A stretch of 64,000 nt of DNA. It comes from Apostichopus japonicus (lineage: Eukaryota). Location: NCBI RefSeq assembly GCF_037975245.1, contig NC_092575.1:8141331-8205330 (forward strand), given 5' to 3'. The translations under genes were made by a program, and so were the position numbers. How positions within the stretch are numbered: position 1 is the stretch's first letter; each line of letters opens with the position of its first letter. The notes beneath the pieces are model-generated. The model was not told the origin of the DNA, searched no databases, and saw only the letters and a program-made list of their open reading frames with translations. Below, one piece after another: positions 11,885 through 26,694 of this stretch.

Positions 11885-14705
11885 CTGCAAAAATCAAAAG
11901 GAAATATTTTCCTCCAAACATTAAATTCTCTTTTAACAAACATTACTGTAATTACTATTATATAGAATGGCTGTTGATAGAGTCAAATGGATTGACCAAA
12001 AACATGCCAAGTATTACTTATATTCATGCCTAAGAGTGGTTGACGTTGAAATCAATGTTGAAGGAGCTGAAATTGCTACAATGTCAATCAAAGTTAGGCA
12101 TATAATAGTGAATTGGTTTATTTAAAGAATGCTCATGTAAGTATATACCTGACATCCAGGGATTAATTAACATGGTATCTCTTACACAGCAAATGGTATG
12201 CAAAATCAATAGTCAAATTGCCACAAACATGCAATATGCATACATGGCAGGTTTGTTATACTGTAGCAAACCATTTTCAGTATTTTTATCATAACTAAAA
12301 ATTTATAAACCTGATGAGTGCTACACAACATGTGAACACAGAATTATTCTCTGTCATCCATAGACACATCCACAGATCATGCAAAAGTTCCACTTGTGTC
12401 AAGTTGCAGCAAGCACCTTACCTATGATATTTGCAAAACAATTCTGACTGACAGTCAACTTACAGATTGTAAAAAGGTGTGACAAGAGTCTTTTTCTTTT
12501 TTTACCAACATGCTGCTTGTAACATTCATGTACAGTACAACATACTCTGTTGTGTTGAACCAACCCAGATAATATCGACAGTATGATTTGACTGGTATTG
12601 TTTATGGTCTCAGTTTGAGAACCTTGTATTTTAAGTAACATTACGAACACATAAACAGAGTGTAAAGTATCAGATACCAACTTCAAAGTTGCGGTGCTTT
12701 ATGTAACTTGCTAACGTTGTTTGTTCCATGAGTGAGAGTGAAGAGAAACATGGTTTTATTTCTTATTGTAGAGCAAAGACAGAATTGTAACGTTCATACT
12801 AGCTTCAGTTTCCTCCCTATGTGCATTCTTTATGGGAATTTTCGATGTTCATCCACAGCATCAAGAACTGCTCATAGCTCATTCCAAAAATCTTTTACCA
12901 CATCATTAAATGATATGGGGTGGATAATGATTATTTACAAAATATGCTGAAAATTGAAATGAATTGTCAACATTGCAATTGCAAGGAAGCTTTCAGATTA
13001 ATCAAAGCAGGAGGATGTAAGGGAGTTTTCAATGCATAAATATGACAACGCATCCCCAACTTCAGGGCAGAAAAATAAACAAAATCGCAGGGAAAAGTCA
13101 GAACAGAAATCTCAAGGAAAAGGCAAGGTAAGAAATATGGCAGGAGAGAATTCAAACATGTAGTTGATTTACAGTTTCCCTGTACTTCCATGACACTTAG
13201 GTCACTGCAACAGCATTCCTAATAGTCATTATTTATCGATTCTAACACTAATTTGCTTAGCTCTGAAGAAGCGATTCATCATCGTTAGATGATACGTGCT
13301 TCCTGTCAAACGACAGCACAAGCAAGCCTTAGGAGCTCGCCAAACAGTTACAAAGACATCCTGCGCCTGCTATGTTATGTAAACTGATTACTTCAAGCTC
13401 AAGAAATGTTTATTATTACAAATTGTCAAAGGTAAAAACAAAGCCAGAGGCTGAAAATAAGCATTCTTAACTTTTTTTTTTTGGTGAATACATGATGATT
13501 TACTGATTTTCCCATTGTGATGTGTAAATGTGATTAATTCACTGACAGTTTATATTTGATGTTCATGAAACACCATACAAATGAATTGTTCTCTATATTA
13601 TTCAAACTTGAATTGAAATCTCACTTGAAATGAAATGAAACTTGATTTACCATATGTACAAAGACGTCACTAGTGTGTAGGCATTTTTTGAAAGTTGCTG
13701 GTAAAGAAGCTTTTCATAACCTTTCATGATCTGCTTTCACCAGAAGGCCTGTCATCATGTTACAGATGGAAAACATTGAAACATTGTATACTTTGCATTC
13801 TAATTGTGTCACAAAACCCTACAGTAACTCTCATATAAAGTTTTCTATTTCAAATTTCTTCAGCTACAGGACTGTTGCAGTTTCAAATAGTTTTCCTTTT
13901 ACGACCAGCTCACTTTTAAAACTCAATTTTTTTTAAATAGCATTTTGATGAAGCCTTTAATTCAGTGAAGCTTTCAATTTATGAATGCAACAAATCAAGT
14001 TTTTAAGTCCGTAACTCAGGATTTAGCCGGATCCTTAACAGCATTTGGCTGGATAAAATTAGGCATTTACACTGATAACATCTCGCTGGACCAGGTTTTA
14101 TCGAGAGAAAAATAAACCACAAACAACAAAGAAGTGGAAAACTTCTCTTCCCTTATCACAGCATGCAAGAATATGCTTGAAAGGGTAAATGTAATGTACT
14201 GTAGGAATCAGATTTTGCTTACATTGACTTCTGTTCTTGTATCCACTTATTTTGTGGCATGTTTTATGTAGTGAAAACAGAAGCAATAATTATTAGGAAT
14301 TATAATTTAGCCCTGAAATATGTGGAGTGCCTCCAAAAATGAAAATATCTTGGATGTGTACCTTTGTATTGTAACAGTACAGATTGAATACTAATGAAAA
14401 CACATTAAATCCTTCTGGAGAGTTAAGAAAATATGAATGCCTATTTAATGGGGTGCAAGTATTTAAGAGGTATTGGAATAATGAAGTTCCAAGAGCAGCT
14501 CAAACCCCTCAGAATGCTTGTGCATCTTTCCCTACTTTTGACAAGTTTTACTAATTTTGGAAAGATTTTACCTACATTTAAGTTACCATCTTCTTGAGAA
14601 ATCAATGCGGGCAGATGGTCAACTATCATTTATCCCAATTTGAACTTGAGTACAATGACAGCTATTGTAAGGGAAAACTTCAACTATTGCACATTGTTTG
14701 GTGAA

Positions 14706-17700
14706 CTGGACATTCCTCTATACACCGCACATTGTTATGTACGCTGCAAATTGCTCTGTGCACTGGACATTTCTCTGTGCACTATAAATTGCCATATAAC
14801 CTGTACCTCGTAGGCTCGTTCTATAAATTCAACACATTGCTCTACACACTACAAATTATTCTATATCTTGTAAATTATGTATGTCAGGACTGCAGCATTT
14901 GCATAAACACTGCACATGGCTCTGTGTGCTGTACTGTACATGTTGCTATATAAGCTGTATTATGGTTTATCAATATCTTGCACATTGCTCAATACATTAC
15001 ATTCTGCCATCCATGTAGGATTGCTATTTATACTGCATGCATTGTTCTCTACACTGTACATTGTTCTCTACACTATACACACTGTTCTCTACACTGTACA
15101 TTGCTCTCTACACTGTGCATTGTACTCTACACTGAACATTGCTCTCTACATTGTACATTGTTCTCTACACTGTACATGGTTCTCTACACTGTTCATTGTT
15201 CTCTACACTGTACATTGTTCTCTACACTGTACATGGTTCTCTACACTGTACATTGTTCTCTACACTGCACATTACTCTCTACACTGTACATTGTATCTAC
15301 AATGTACCTGGTTCTCTACACTGTACATTGTTCTCTACACTGCACATTACTCTCTACACTGTACATTGTATCTACAATGTACATTGTTATCTAAACTGTA
15401 CATTGTTCTCTACACTGTACATTGTTCTCTATACTGTACATTGTTCTCTACACTATACATTGTTCTGTACACTGCAAATTGCTCTCTACAATGTTCATTA
15501 ATCTCTACATTGCAAATTGTTTTCAACACTGTACATTGTACTCTACACTGTACATTGTACTCTACACTGAGCATTGATCTCTACACTGTACATTGCTTTC
15601 TATACTGTACATTGCTCTCTACACTGCACATTGTTCTCTACACTGTATACATTATTCTCTACACTGCACATATTGTTCTCTACACTGCACATTGTTCTCT
15701 ACACTGCACACATTGTTCTCTACACTGTACATTGCTCTCTACACTGTGCATTGTACTCTACGCTGAGCATTGTACTCTACACTGAACATTGCTCTCTACA
15801 CTGTACATTGTTCTCTACACTGTACATGGTTCTCTACACTGTACATGGTTCTCTACACTGTACATTGCTCTCTACAATGTTCATTAATCTCTACATTGCA
15901 AATTGTTCTCTACACTGTACATTGTACTCTACACTGTACATTGTACTCTACACTGAGCATTGCTCTCTACACTGTACATTGCTTTCTATACTGTACATTG
16001 CTCTCTACACTGCACATTGTTCTCTACACTGTACACATTGTTCTCTACACTGAACATTGCTCTCTACACTGTACATTGCTCTCTACACTGTGCATTGTAC
16101 TCTACACTGAACATTGCTCTCTACATTGTACATTGTTCTCTACACTGTACATGGTTCTCTACACTGTTCATTGTTCTCAACACTGTACATTGTTCTCTAC
16201 ACTGTACATGGTTCTCTACACTGTACATTGTTCTCTACACTGCACATTACTCTCTACACTGTATATTGTATCTACAATGTACATGGTTCTCTACACTGTA
16301 CATTGTTCTCTACACTGCACATTACTCTCTACACTGTACATTGTATCTACAATGTACATTGTTATCTAAAATGTACATTGTTCTCTACACTGTACATTGT
16401 TCTCTATACTGTACATTGTTCTCTACACTGTACATTGTTCTGTACACTGAACATTGCTCTCTACATTGTACATTGTTCTCTACACTGTACATGGTTCTCT
16501 ACACTGTTCATTGTTCTCTACACTGTACATTGTTCTCTACACTGTACATGGTTCTCTACACTGTACATTGTTCTCTACACTGCACATTACTCTCTACACT
16601 GTATATTGTATCTACAATGTACATGGTTCTCTACACTGTACATTGTTCTCTACACTGCACATTACTCTCTACACTGTACATTGTATCTACAATGTACATT
16701 GTTACCTAAACTGTACATTGTTCTCTACACTGTACATTGTTCTCTATACTGTACATTGTTCTCTACACTGTACATTGTTCTGTACACTGCAAATTGCTCT
16801 CTACAATGTTCATTAATCTCTACATTGCAAATTGTTTTCTACACTGTACATTGTACTCTACACTGTACATTGTACTCTACACTGAGCATTGATCTCTACA
16901 CTGTACATTGCTTTCTATACTGTACATTGCTCTCTACACTGCACATTGTTCTCTACACTGTATACATTATTCTCTACACTGCACATATTGTTCTCTACAC
17001 TGCACACATTGTTCTCTACACTGTACATTGCTCTCTACACTGTGCATTGTACTCTACGCTGAGCATTGTACTCTACACTGAACATTGCTCTCTACACTGT
17101 ACATTGTTCTCTACACTGTACATGGTTCTCTACACTGTACATTGTTCTCTACACTGTACATTGCTCTCTACAATGTTCATTAATCTCTACACTGTACATT
17201 GTACTCTACACTGTACATTGTACTCTACACTGAGCATTGCTCTCTACACTGTACATTGCTTTCTATACTGTACATTGCTCTCTACACTGCACATTGTTCT
17301 CTACACTGTACACATTGTTCTCTACACTGCACACGTTGTTCTCTACACTGCACATATTGTTCTCTACACTGCACATTGTTCTCTACACTGCACACATTGT
17401 TCTCTACACGGCACACATTGTTCTCTACACTGCACATTGTTCTCTACACTGTACATTGTTCTCTACACTGCACACATTGTTCTCTACACGGCACACATTG
17501 TTCTCTACACTGCACATATTGTTCTCTACACTGCACATATTGTTCTCTACACTGCACATATTGTTCTCTACACTGCACATTGTTCTCTACACTGCACACA
17601 TTGTTCTCTACACTGTACATTGCTCTCTACACTGCACATTGTTCTCTACACTGTACACATTGTTCTCTACACTGTACACATTGTTCTCTACACTGCACAT

Positions 17701-18795
17701 ATTGTTCTCTACACTGCACATTGTTCTCTACACTGCACACAATGTTCTCTACACTATACATTGTTCTCTACACTGTACATTGTTCTCTACACTGTACATT
17801 GCTCTCTTAACATTGTACATTGCTCTCTACACTGCACATACTGTTCTCTACACTGTACATTGCTCTTAACACTGTACATTTTTCTCTACACTGCACACAT
17901 TGTTCTCTACACGGCACACATTGTTCTCTACACTGCACATTGTTCTCTACACTGTACATTGTTCTCTACACTGCACACATTGTTCTCTACACGGCACACA
18001 TTGTTCTCTACACTGCACATATTGTTCTCTACACTGCACATATTGTTCTCTACACGGCACATATTGTTCTCTACACTGCACATTGTTCTCTACACTGCAC
18101 ACATTGTTCTCTACACTGTACATTGCTCTCTACACAGCACTTTGTTCTCTACACTGTACACATTGTTCTCTACACTGCACACATTGTTCTCTACACTGCA
18201 CATATTGTTCTCTACACGGCACACATTGTTCTCGACACTGCACATTGTTCTCTACACTGCACATTGTTCTCTACACTGTACATTGTTCTCTACACTGCAC
18301 ACATTGTTCTCTACACGGCACACATTGTTCTCTACACTGCACATATTGTTCTCTACACTGCACATTGTTCTCTACACTGCACACATTGTTCTCTACACTG
18401 TACATTGCTCTCTACACTGCACATTGTTCTCTACACTGTACACATTGTTCTCTACACTGCACACATTGTTCTCTACACTGCACATATTGTTCTCTACACG
18501 GCACACATTGTTCTCTACACTGCACACATTGTTCTCTACACTGCACATATTGTTCTCTACACTGCACATTGTTCTCTACACTGCACACAATGTTCTCTAC
18601 ACTATACATTGTTCTCTACACTGTACATTGTTCTCTACACTGTACATTGCTCTCTTAACATAGTACATTGCTCTCTACACTGCACATACTGTTCTCTACA
18701 CTGAACATTGCTCTTAACACTGTACATTTTTCTCTACACTGTACATTGCTCTATAAGCTGCATATTGCTCTGGATACACTGTACATTACTGCTGT
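14706..18795. repeat. Large minisatellite, ~4.1 kb. Base unit is 19 bp (CTCTACACTGTACATTGTT) with 20-22-bp variants such as ctctacactgcacaYattgtt. About 200 copies with higher-order periodicities.
   Basis: Direct reading shows the array. Identical long pseudo-peptides recur in the six-frame track at offsets of 340, ~975 and ~1315 nt (for example 15139, 16114 and 16454), which indicates higher-order repeats. Each unit contains the palindrome TGTACA within the near-palindrome ACAnTGTACAnTGT. Confidence 0.95.
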
Positions 18796-19574
18796 ATATA
18801 TGAGACATATCAGATTTACAAACACATTGCGTATGTGCTATACAAATCCCGGCATTCATTATCCATTAAAAAATTTTCCTTCAAGTCGTCACTTCTTAAT
18901 GATTCTGTACTTTTTCTTCCAATATTTGTGCTATTTTCTGCACAAAACATTAATTTCGGCCATAAACGTTGATAGTGCCACAAATGCATAGGTGATAAAT
19001 CAGACCATCGGACAGATGTTAAACATTCGCTAAAATAAATGTCTTATTTAGAAAATTACCAGTGATATTTTTCCATCCAAAATGACTATTAAGGATGCGT
19101 GGCAGTAAAAAGCTTTCTCCATCTTTGCTAACGGAGAAAGATATCAAGAAAGACACTCCTTTTCAGTTAAAGGTGTAAGCTGGTACATTAATCATCTCCG
19201 ATGTGTCATTAGAGAAGTTGCGCTGTCACTCGACCGGGTACCAATTCAAACTTACAGACGAAAAGAGAAACAAGTTTGTAGAATGTTTGTTTATATTGAG
19301 GTTCACACGTCTTCCAGGTCCATGAAATGTTTCATGAATTACTGATGGGGAATGTGTCTGATTTTCTTGGGCAAAATGGGATATTTCACTGTTAAAAGCG
19401 GTAACAGTCAATTTGGAAAAGAGAATGGAGCCATCTGTCAAACTCAAGACAATGTTTTATCACACCTGGCATTACAACTGGCACATCAAAGGCTTTTCAT
19501 CCGGTTGCAAATCAATCAGGATGGGAGAGTACATTGGTTAGTGCACCCCTTTTAATATATTGACTCTGCTTCAC

Positions 19575-20392
19575 TAGAATCTTTGATATTCTGCCAGAGG
19601 TTCACTGTTCATGTTGGCTGTCATAGATGGATATACATTACCAATCACCCCACCAAGCATTCTTTGATATTTTGCCAAGAAGTTCACTGTTCATGTTGGC
19701 TGTCATAGATGGTATATGGATTACCAATCACCCCACCAAGCCAGAGGTTCACTGTTCATGTTGGCTGTCATAGATGGTATATACATTACCAATCACCCCA
19801 CCAAGCCAGAGGTTCACTGTTCATGTTGGCTGTCATAGATGGATATACATTATACCAATCACACCACCAAGCACACTTTGATATTCTGCCAGAGGTTCAC
19901 TGTTCATGTTGGCTGTCATAGATGGTATATACATTACCAATCACCCCACCAAGCCAGAGGTTCACTGTTCATGTTGGCTGTCATAGATGGTATATACATT
20001 ACCAATCACCCCACCAAGCATTCTTTGATATATTGCCACGAAGTTCACTGTTCATGTTGGCTGTCATAGATGGTATATGGATTACCAATCACCCCACCAA
20101 GCCAGAGGTTCACTGTTCATGTTGGCTGTCATAGATGGTATATACATTACCAATCACCCCACCAAGCCAGAGGTTCACTGTTCATGTTGGCTGTCATAGA
20201 TGGATATACATTATACCAATCACACCACCAAGCACACTTTGATATTCTGCCAGAGGTTCACTGTTCATGTTGGCTGTCATAGATGGTATATACATTACCA
20301 ATCACCCCACCAAGCCAGAGGTTCACTGTTCATGTTGGCTGTCATAGATGGATATACATTATACCAATCACACCACCAAGCACACTTTGAAA
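19575..20392. repeat. Satellite array with a 65-bp unit (ccagaggttcactgttcatgttggctgtcatagatggtatatacattaccaatcaccccaccaag), 83-bp insertion variants and a 361-bp higher-order repeat
   Basis: Unit starts sit 65 nt apart (for example 19741 and 19806). Identical ORF-track peptides recur at 361-nt spacing: 19709 and 20070, and 19839 and 20200. Confidence 0.95.
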
Positions 20393-20538
20393 GACTGCGA
20401 GTCTGCCAACCACCTTAAAGACTACCAGGCTATACACATCTTTTATTTTTTATTTTCCTTTGCTCATATATTTTTGTACTGTTTTGAACTTCCATGTGCG
20501 AGACACTAATTTCCTTATTTGGAGCAATAAAGTTTTAC

Positions 20539-20558
20539 TTACTTACTTACTTATCTCC
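20539..20558. repeat. Short microsatellite (TTAC)n
   Basis: The run ttacttacttacttacttatc is read directly. Confidence 0.7.
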
Positions 20559-21039
20559 AATACCATCAACTTTGTTGTGCAGTAAATATTGAAAATGTAC
20601 AAAAGAGAAAACAGTAGTTTCAAACAAGTTGCTGACCAACATATTTTGCACATGGATCTAGTATATGAATTCTAAGTTGACTTTGCTTGACCTGGAATGG
20701 ACCTTTGTTTCTGGCTTCAAAGTAATTTTCCTTTTTTGTTGCACTTATCTAATGGAGAATATTTGAAAACATCTACCATCCTAACAAATGTATTGTGATA
20801 TCGGCTATATGATAAACAGCTGTCCCTCCAAACACTGTCTCCATAGTGCCTTATAACATATCAGAATGGTAACCATGTGATACATTACACCTTCACTTCA
20901 CAATCAACTTGATAACGCCCTAACATTAAACAGATATATATCACCATGGAGAAATTGATATAATAGCAAAGGTCTAGCAAAGGTCTAATGTGGGAGTACT
21001 TTTTACTAAATATAAAGTCATTTAGGCCTGAGCAGTAAA

Positions 21040-21590
21040 GTGAAGTCAAGTTGGATGTCCATAAAGTCTAATGTCATAATACTTTAAACTACTGTATATA
21101 CAATAAACTCATTTCTACCTAAAGCAACCTCAAAGGAACAGTCAAGTTGGATGTTTATAAGGTCTCATGTGATAATACTTTAAACTATACACAATAAACT
21201 CATTTGTACCTCAAGCAACCTCAAAGGAACAGTCAAGTTGGATGTTTATAAGGTCTCATGTGATAATACTTTAAACTATATACAATAAACTCATTTGTAC
21301 CTCAAGCAACCTCAAAGGAACCGTCAAGTTGGATGTTTATAAGGTCTCATGTGATAATACTTTAAACTATATACAATAAACTCATTTGTACCTCAAGCAA
21401 CCTCAAAGGAACAGTCAAGTTGGATGTTCATAAGGTCTAATGTGACAGACTATAAATAATGAACTCATTTGTACCTGAAGCAACCTCAAAGGAACAGTCG
21501 AGTTGGATGTTCATAAGGTCTAATTTGATAGTACTTTAAAATAAACTATATAAACTCATTTCTACCTGAAGCAACTTCAAAGGAACAGAT
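21040..21590. repeat. Tandem repeat, ~91-93-bp unit, ~6 copies
   Basis: The unit cctcaaaggaacagtcaagttggatgtttataaggtctcatgtgataatactttaaactatacacaataaactcatttgtacctcaagcaa recurs with a measured period of 91-93 nt. Confidence 0.9.
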
Positions 21591-24500
21591 GACCCTCTAC
21601 AATTCTCCCTGGCAAAGACAGATCAACCAGGACAGTAAATCAAAAGTAATTTGTTCGCTTTCATGATTTACTTTGGATGATATGTGTTCTCCTGTCCTAG
21701 ATAAACAATTATCACTCTTTTCATTCACTGCTTTAAGAGGAACTGGAGTTTGAGCTTGCAGCTGTTGTTTTCTTACATACTGACAGGCTCACTTCACATT
21801 ACAATCTTCATTTATGTGAAAACATTCCAATATGCATAAGATTCTAAAGTACAAAAAAATCTGATTTGTTCAAAAATTAAGTTGGATTTTACAGCCTAGA
21901 AGAGCTTCGTAGCGTTGGTGAGCTCTTTTCTACTCATTCTATGTGCCAGAAATACACACGCACCATTTGAGCTCATTGCACTAGTACTGTAATGCCAACA
22001 GTCATGGCACTCTTTGTGTTACCGGTCCATGCTGAAACCGCTGCACTCCAAATTTGGCAGAGCAAGTCACATGTATTATAAATGCTGCATTGCTAATGAG
22101 AATTCAGGCATACAAAACCTGAATGTAATCTCTTTCAAAATCGTTCCATGTTTGGCCATATTGTGACATTATAAGAGATATATAGTTACTGTAGCAAGAA
22201 AAGTCTTATTTTATATTTTCATTTTTTTTTTATACTTTTGTCTGAGCATGTTCTGTTTATCACCTCCAGACACTTAAACCACTTGAATCAATGCTTGCTG
22301 TTTTCTTTCACGAAAATTCACTTTGACACTTTGAAATTAATTTGTTAGAAGCTCAAGAAAGTAAAAGGAAGGAATAGTAGATATCGTAGGTGGAATCTCA
22401 CATACTTTATAACATTTAGTGATGACAAGCCCTAGTTCAAATAAACCATATACTTATGGACTTATAGTGTTTGCAGGGTTTTCACACTCTGACCAATGTG
22501 ACCTTTGAACTCCAACAAAACTAGAGAGTGTGAATTAAAGCTTTGCTTAATAAATTTATACACCACATATGCCTCCTTTTAGGCCTTATGTTAACCAAAA
22601 CCAGGGCAAAGTCTTTGTTGGTCAACGATCAAATTTCTGTAAGGAAGACCAAAATAAACTTTAGTAGTCGTACAGTGGATTAGTAAATCAAATTCAGATG
22701 GTGTTATAACTATGTAAACCCCAATTAAATTGGTATCATGCTCCATCACTCTGGAGATCCTAACATAATACAAAAATAGTGACCAGGCCCATGATCCACC
22801 CGAAGGGAAGTTTTACCGCAAAGCTAGTGTTCTAATCAACAAACCTACATATCTCTCCTACATTTGTACAACAAAGTCATTCTTTGTTATTTTTGTTGCA
22901 TACTTTGGACCACCAAATTTTCTGTTTGGACAACCAAAAGGTAAGAATTGGAAACCAGAAAAAAAAATCTTTAAAACTTTGCCCTGACCTTTGACCTTAC
23001 CTAAAATTAAGAAAAACAACAAACCCCCTCCAAAATATTGGGTTGTTGTATTCAATGGCTTCTACATGGTACCCCTTAATGTAGAATGGCACATGCATGT
23101 CTTTCACACAATATCTGTAATATGCTAAATTAAAATACTGTCAATAGGTCATAAATGAAAAAGTGCCTTCCTAAAAACTGGAGAAGTATGAGCTGTTTGG
23201 AAGCTAATTGCCTTTTGTTACCGTTGCCATAATATCCTAGCCCCCCCCCCCCCACCACAGAGTTTCAGACTTTCTTGTCAATTATCTGCATCTTAGGGAT
23301 CTGGAACACATATTGATCAATAGTACTGTACTTGACAAAATCTGGAATGATTGTCCGGCCTGTGTTTGATTTGTCATGGATTGACCCCCAAAATAAAAGA
23401 GTTCCTCTCCTTACAGCATGCTGACAAAGTTTGCACATATAACCTCTACAAACTTCACAGGACCTTTAACAAAACTAAACAGGGTATCTGCTGAGTATGT
23501 GACTTAAAATACCAAGTACTGTACATGATCCGCACAAGGTATTTACATTGACAATCTCCAATAATCCTCGACCACCAGCAAATGCAACACTCCCTCCTTA
23601 TTTTAGAAGCATCCAATGACCATAACCACATAGATCTCTCAGGGACTGTTTAACATTACAGACATAGCCCACTCGAAGTTCAGCCAGAAAACAAGATAAA
23701 TTGATTTAGAAAGTTTACATTGGACCCATGCTTGGTATCAGACATTCAGATCCCCAGCTTAATAATAATAATAATAAATGAACTTATAAAGCGCTAAAAT
23801 CTACGAAGTATTCAATAGCGCTGTAAAACCCTAATAGAACGCCAACTTGAAAAAATGAGTCTTCAAGCAAGACTTGAACTGACTGAGAGTGGGAGAACTC
23901 CGCACAGATATGGGCAGACCATTCCAGTATCACCAAACAGGACATTGAGGTTTGACCACTAGGAGAAAAGGCTACAGTAGGTGCTGCCACTGCTTGTCAA
24001 CTTACCCACGTAACAAAAAAAAAACCTTCAAAGTTAGGGTCACCACTGATCTCGGGTCAACCATACCCCCCCCCACCTCCCTGCACTGCATTTAATAACA
24101 AATTTAACACCGATATGGGTCTGGTCCTTCCTCAATCCTTGTCTATCGCAGCCTTCACATCGCAGATGTTGATTGGCCTTTACACTTCAAATCTGAACTC
24201 AAACAAGGGGTTGAACCACATGCTCACAGTCTGATGTATATTGTGTAATTATCAATCCTGTACATGGTTTGGTCAAGTCAAAGTTGCAACCCAACACATA
24301 ACACATCAACTGAGGTTTGGCAAGTGGGATAATGAGGGAGTCATTCAAGTAAAGAAATCAGTGCATTTAAAAAGATAATTCACAATGTACATAGATTGAT
24401 CATGAGGGAATGCAAAATAAACATTTAAGGAGATATGTTGCAATAATTCAGTAAACCTAACAAAACATGATTGAAACTTTGTAAACATTATGTCAGTCTC

Positions 24501-25540
24501 TGATGGTAAGGATTAACCTGAGAGTGGCTTAGGCCACATTAAAGCACACTGATCAGCTGACAGAAATGCAAAAACTTACTTTCTTTGTTAAGCTCTTCAG
24601 CTAACTTTAAGACAAAACAAGACCTGATATCTCTACAAAAAACCAATGAAAGAAAAACAGAGAGCAGTAAAAAGTATTTTTAGATCTCAACTTGTCAATC
24701 TACACATAATGCAGACAATTTATAATATTGTGCACAACGGATAAATAGAAGTGTTTCCTTTAGTCTCCTACAGCCACACATGAACAGAACTGACCAATCA
24801 AACACAAGCTTCAACATCTGCTGTAGCAGTAACTCAAATAATGAGTCAATCCTTGCCAAAATTTCCTATTTTGTATTAAAGATTTGCTCCAGGAGACTGT
24901 GGACATCACATCACAAACCTTCCTCCATATTCAACCATCTATCCTGGTACCGTAGGAAAATAAAACACATATTTGCTGTTAATCAAAATGAAAGCAATGA
25001 AAACACAAATGTTAACTGTGAACACACAACTGTAATAGAGTAGGATTTAGTTCCTTGTTTGAAGTAGAGGGTTACAATCTCTTTTGTAAACTTTGCTTGT
25101 CTTTATCTAATCATTCCTTAATGGGAAGGACTATTTACTTGGCCCAAATCTCACCCATTTGACACTATTTTGAAGGTTTATCTTGTCCAAACTGTTTGCT
25201 CCATCAATTGACATCTTAAGTTTAACAACAAATTTGCTAATTAGAATGCTTGTCACCCTAAATGTCTGACCAAACAATTCTATGTCCATTTACAGATGAA
25301 TCATGGCACCAAACAGAAAACAGAAAACCTCAATTGGAAATAAATTGTCAAGTCTGAATCGCTGTACAATAAGGAGGGGGGGGGGGGCTTTTGTTTTTAC
25401 AAGTTTAAGGTTATACAATAATTCAGTTTCCTGAAGATGAGGTTCCGTTCGCAAAGCTAAAACGGATATAAAAGCAGTACCACTCTACACTGTAATTGAA
25501 AACGAAACTAGACAGAACCAACCCTTTTTCATTACGGTCG

Positions 25541-25650
25541 CATTGGCGACGACCATTCTCGGCTGGCGATGAGAATTTCTTGAAAAATTAATGCTAGTCG
25601 CCAGACCTATAATACTGTGGCGATCAGTTTTTGCAACTGAAAATTTCACC
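25541..25650 (+). repeat. Copy A of a ~100-bp direct repeat containing inverted TGGCGA/TCGCCA motifs
   Basis: Copy A reads ggcgaTGagaattTCTtGaaaaaTtaaTGCtagtcgccaGACC. It aligns colinearly with copy B at 26712-26790 at about 75% identity. Both contain ggcga...tagtcgcca...tggcga. Confidence 0.55.
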
Positions 25651-25756
25651 AATGCTTTACAAAATAACGAAGGTACCCGCCCGACGTGGTACTACCCGGT
25701 TCCTAATTTATTACCCGAATCCTACGCAAAGTGTGATGCTTTTTTGGCAAACCGAT

Positions 25757-26069
25757 GGTTAGGCTTAGCTAGATTTCCATTGACTTAGTGTGGTGTAAGT
25801 CTACCATGTGGTCGAAGATAACAGCAATAATGAAAGTATTCCATGGATATCTTATAACTGCGTCACAATTTCAGCTAATAAAAAGACGGCTAGGCTAGAT
25901 TACCCTATTGACTTAGTGTGATGTTAGGCAACCATGTGGTTGAACGTAACAGCAATAATGAAAGTATTCCATGGATATCTTATAACTGCTTCACAATTTC
26001 AGCAAGTAAACAGATGGTTAGGCTTAGCTAGATTTCCATTGACTTAGTGTGGTGTTAGGCTACCATGTG
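25757..26069. repeat. Tandem repeat, ~129-bp unit, ~2.4 copies
   Basis: The unit ggttaggcttagctagatttccattgacttagtgtggtgt...aataatgaaagtattccatggatatcttataactgc repeats at about 129-nt spacing. Confidence 0.85.
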
Positions 26070-26694
26070 GAAGAAATTATTATTTATTCATTCCTTTATT
26101 TCATAGAAGGAAAGGCTGACAAGGAATTTTATGAGATGTTTATGGGTTATAGACGGGATAACTAAAAAATAATAATCGCAAGTGGCTTTTTACTAATCGT
26201 TTATTCCAAATGCGATCAAATTGCAATCTAGCGGCTAATGCGAACCATGGGGCTGCATATTAGATAGTAGTAGTAATAACTGTTTAAGAGCTAAATTGGA
26301 TATTTATATGGTCTGATCCAATAGACGTGGAGAGCAAGCATAATCAGCGGCAGCAGTGTGATGTTAGTAGTAATGTTAATTATATGAAGTTATTAACAAG
26401 TTAATGAAAGAAACAAAAGCAAATAGAAATTATTGAGGAAGGTTTTATACCTTATCTTACACCTATGTATTTGAACATGAAAACATAAAGTAAGATATTT
26501 TTCACCGTACCCATTTTGTTAGAAAATAATATACATTAGCCTATGTCATTATTTTAAAATCAAAATGTACTACTAGCCACTGTCATCAGTACTAACTACT
26601 GTACTAGCTTTAAAGTTCAACGTTAGTGTAGTCAGCACTGACAGTAGTGCTAATCGATGTTGAGCCTAGGCCTAGTGCTTTTTGTACTAATATT

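Noticed and set aside
13040-13125. Plus-strand Lys-rich mini-exon candidate with donor AAGGCAAG|gtaagaaat
   Set aside because: The donor is good but the acceptor is weak, the sequence is A-rich low-complexity, and two of the three frames are open. This is insufficient evidence.
14916-18704. Very long ORFs in the six-frame track (up to 849 aa at 16114-18663) with repetitive LYTVHCSLHCTLFSTLYIV peptides
   Set aside because: These are artefacts of the 19-22-bp minisatellite, whose units lack stop codons in one frame. The peptides are perfectly periodic, low-complexity, and change with every repeat variant. There is no start context or homology.
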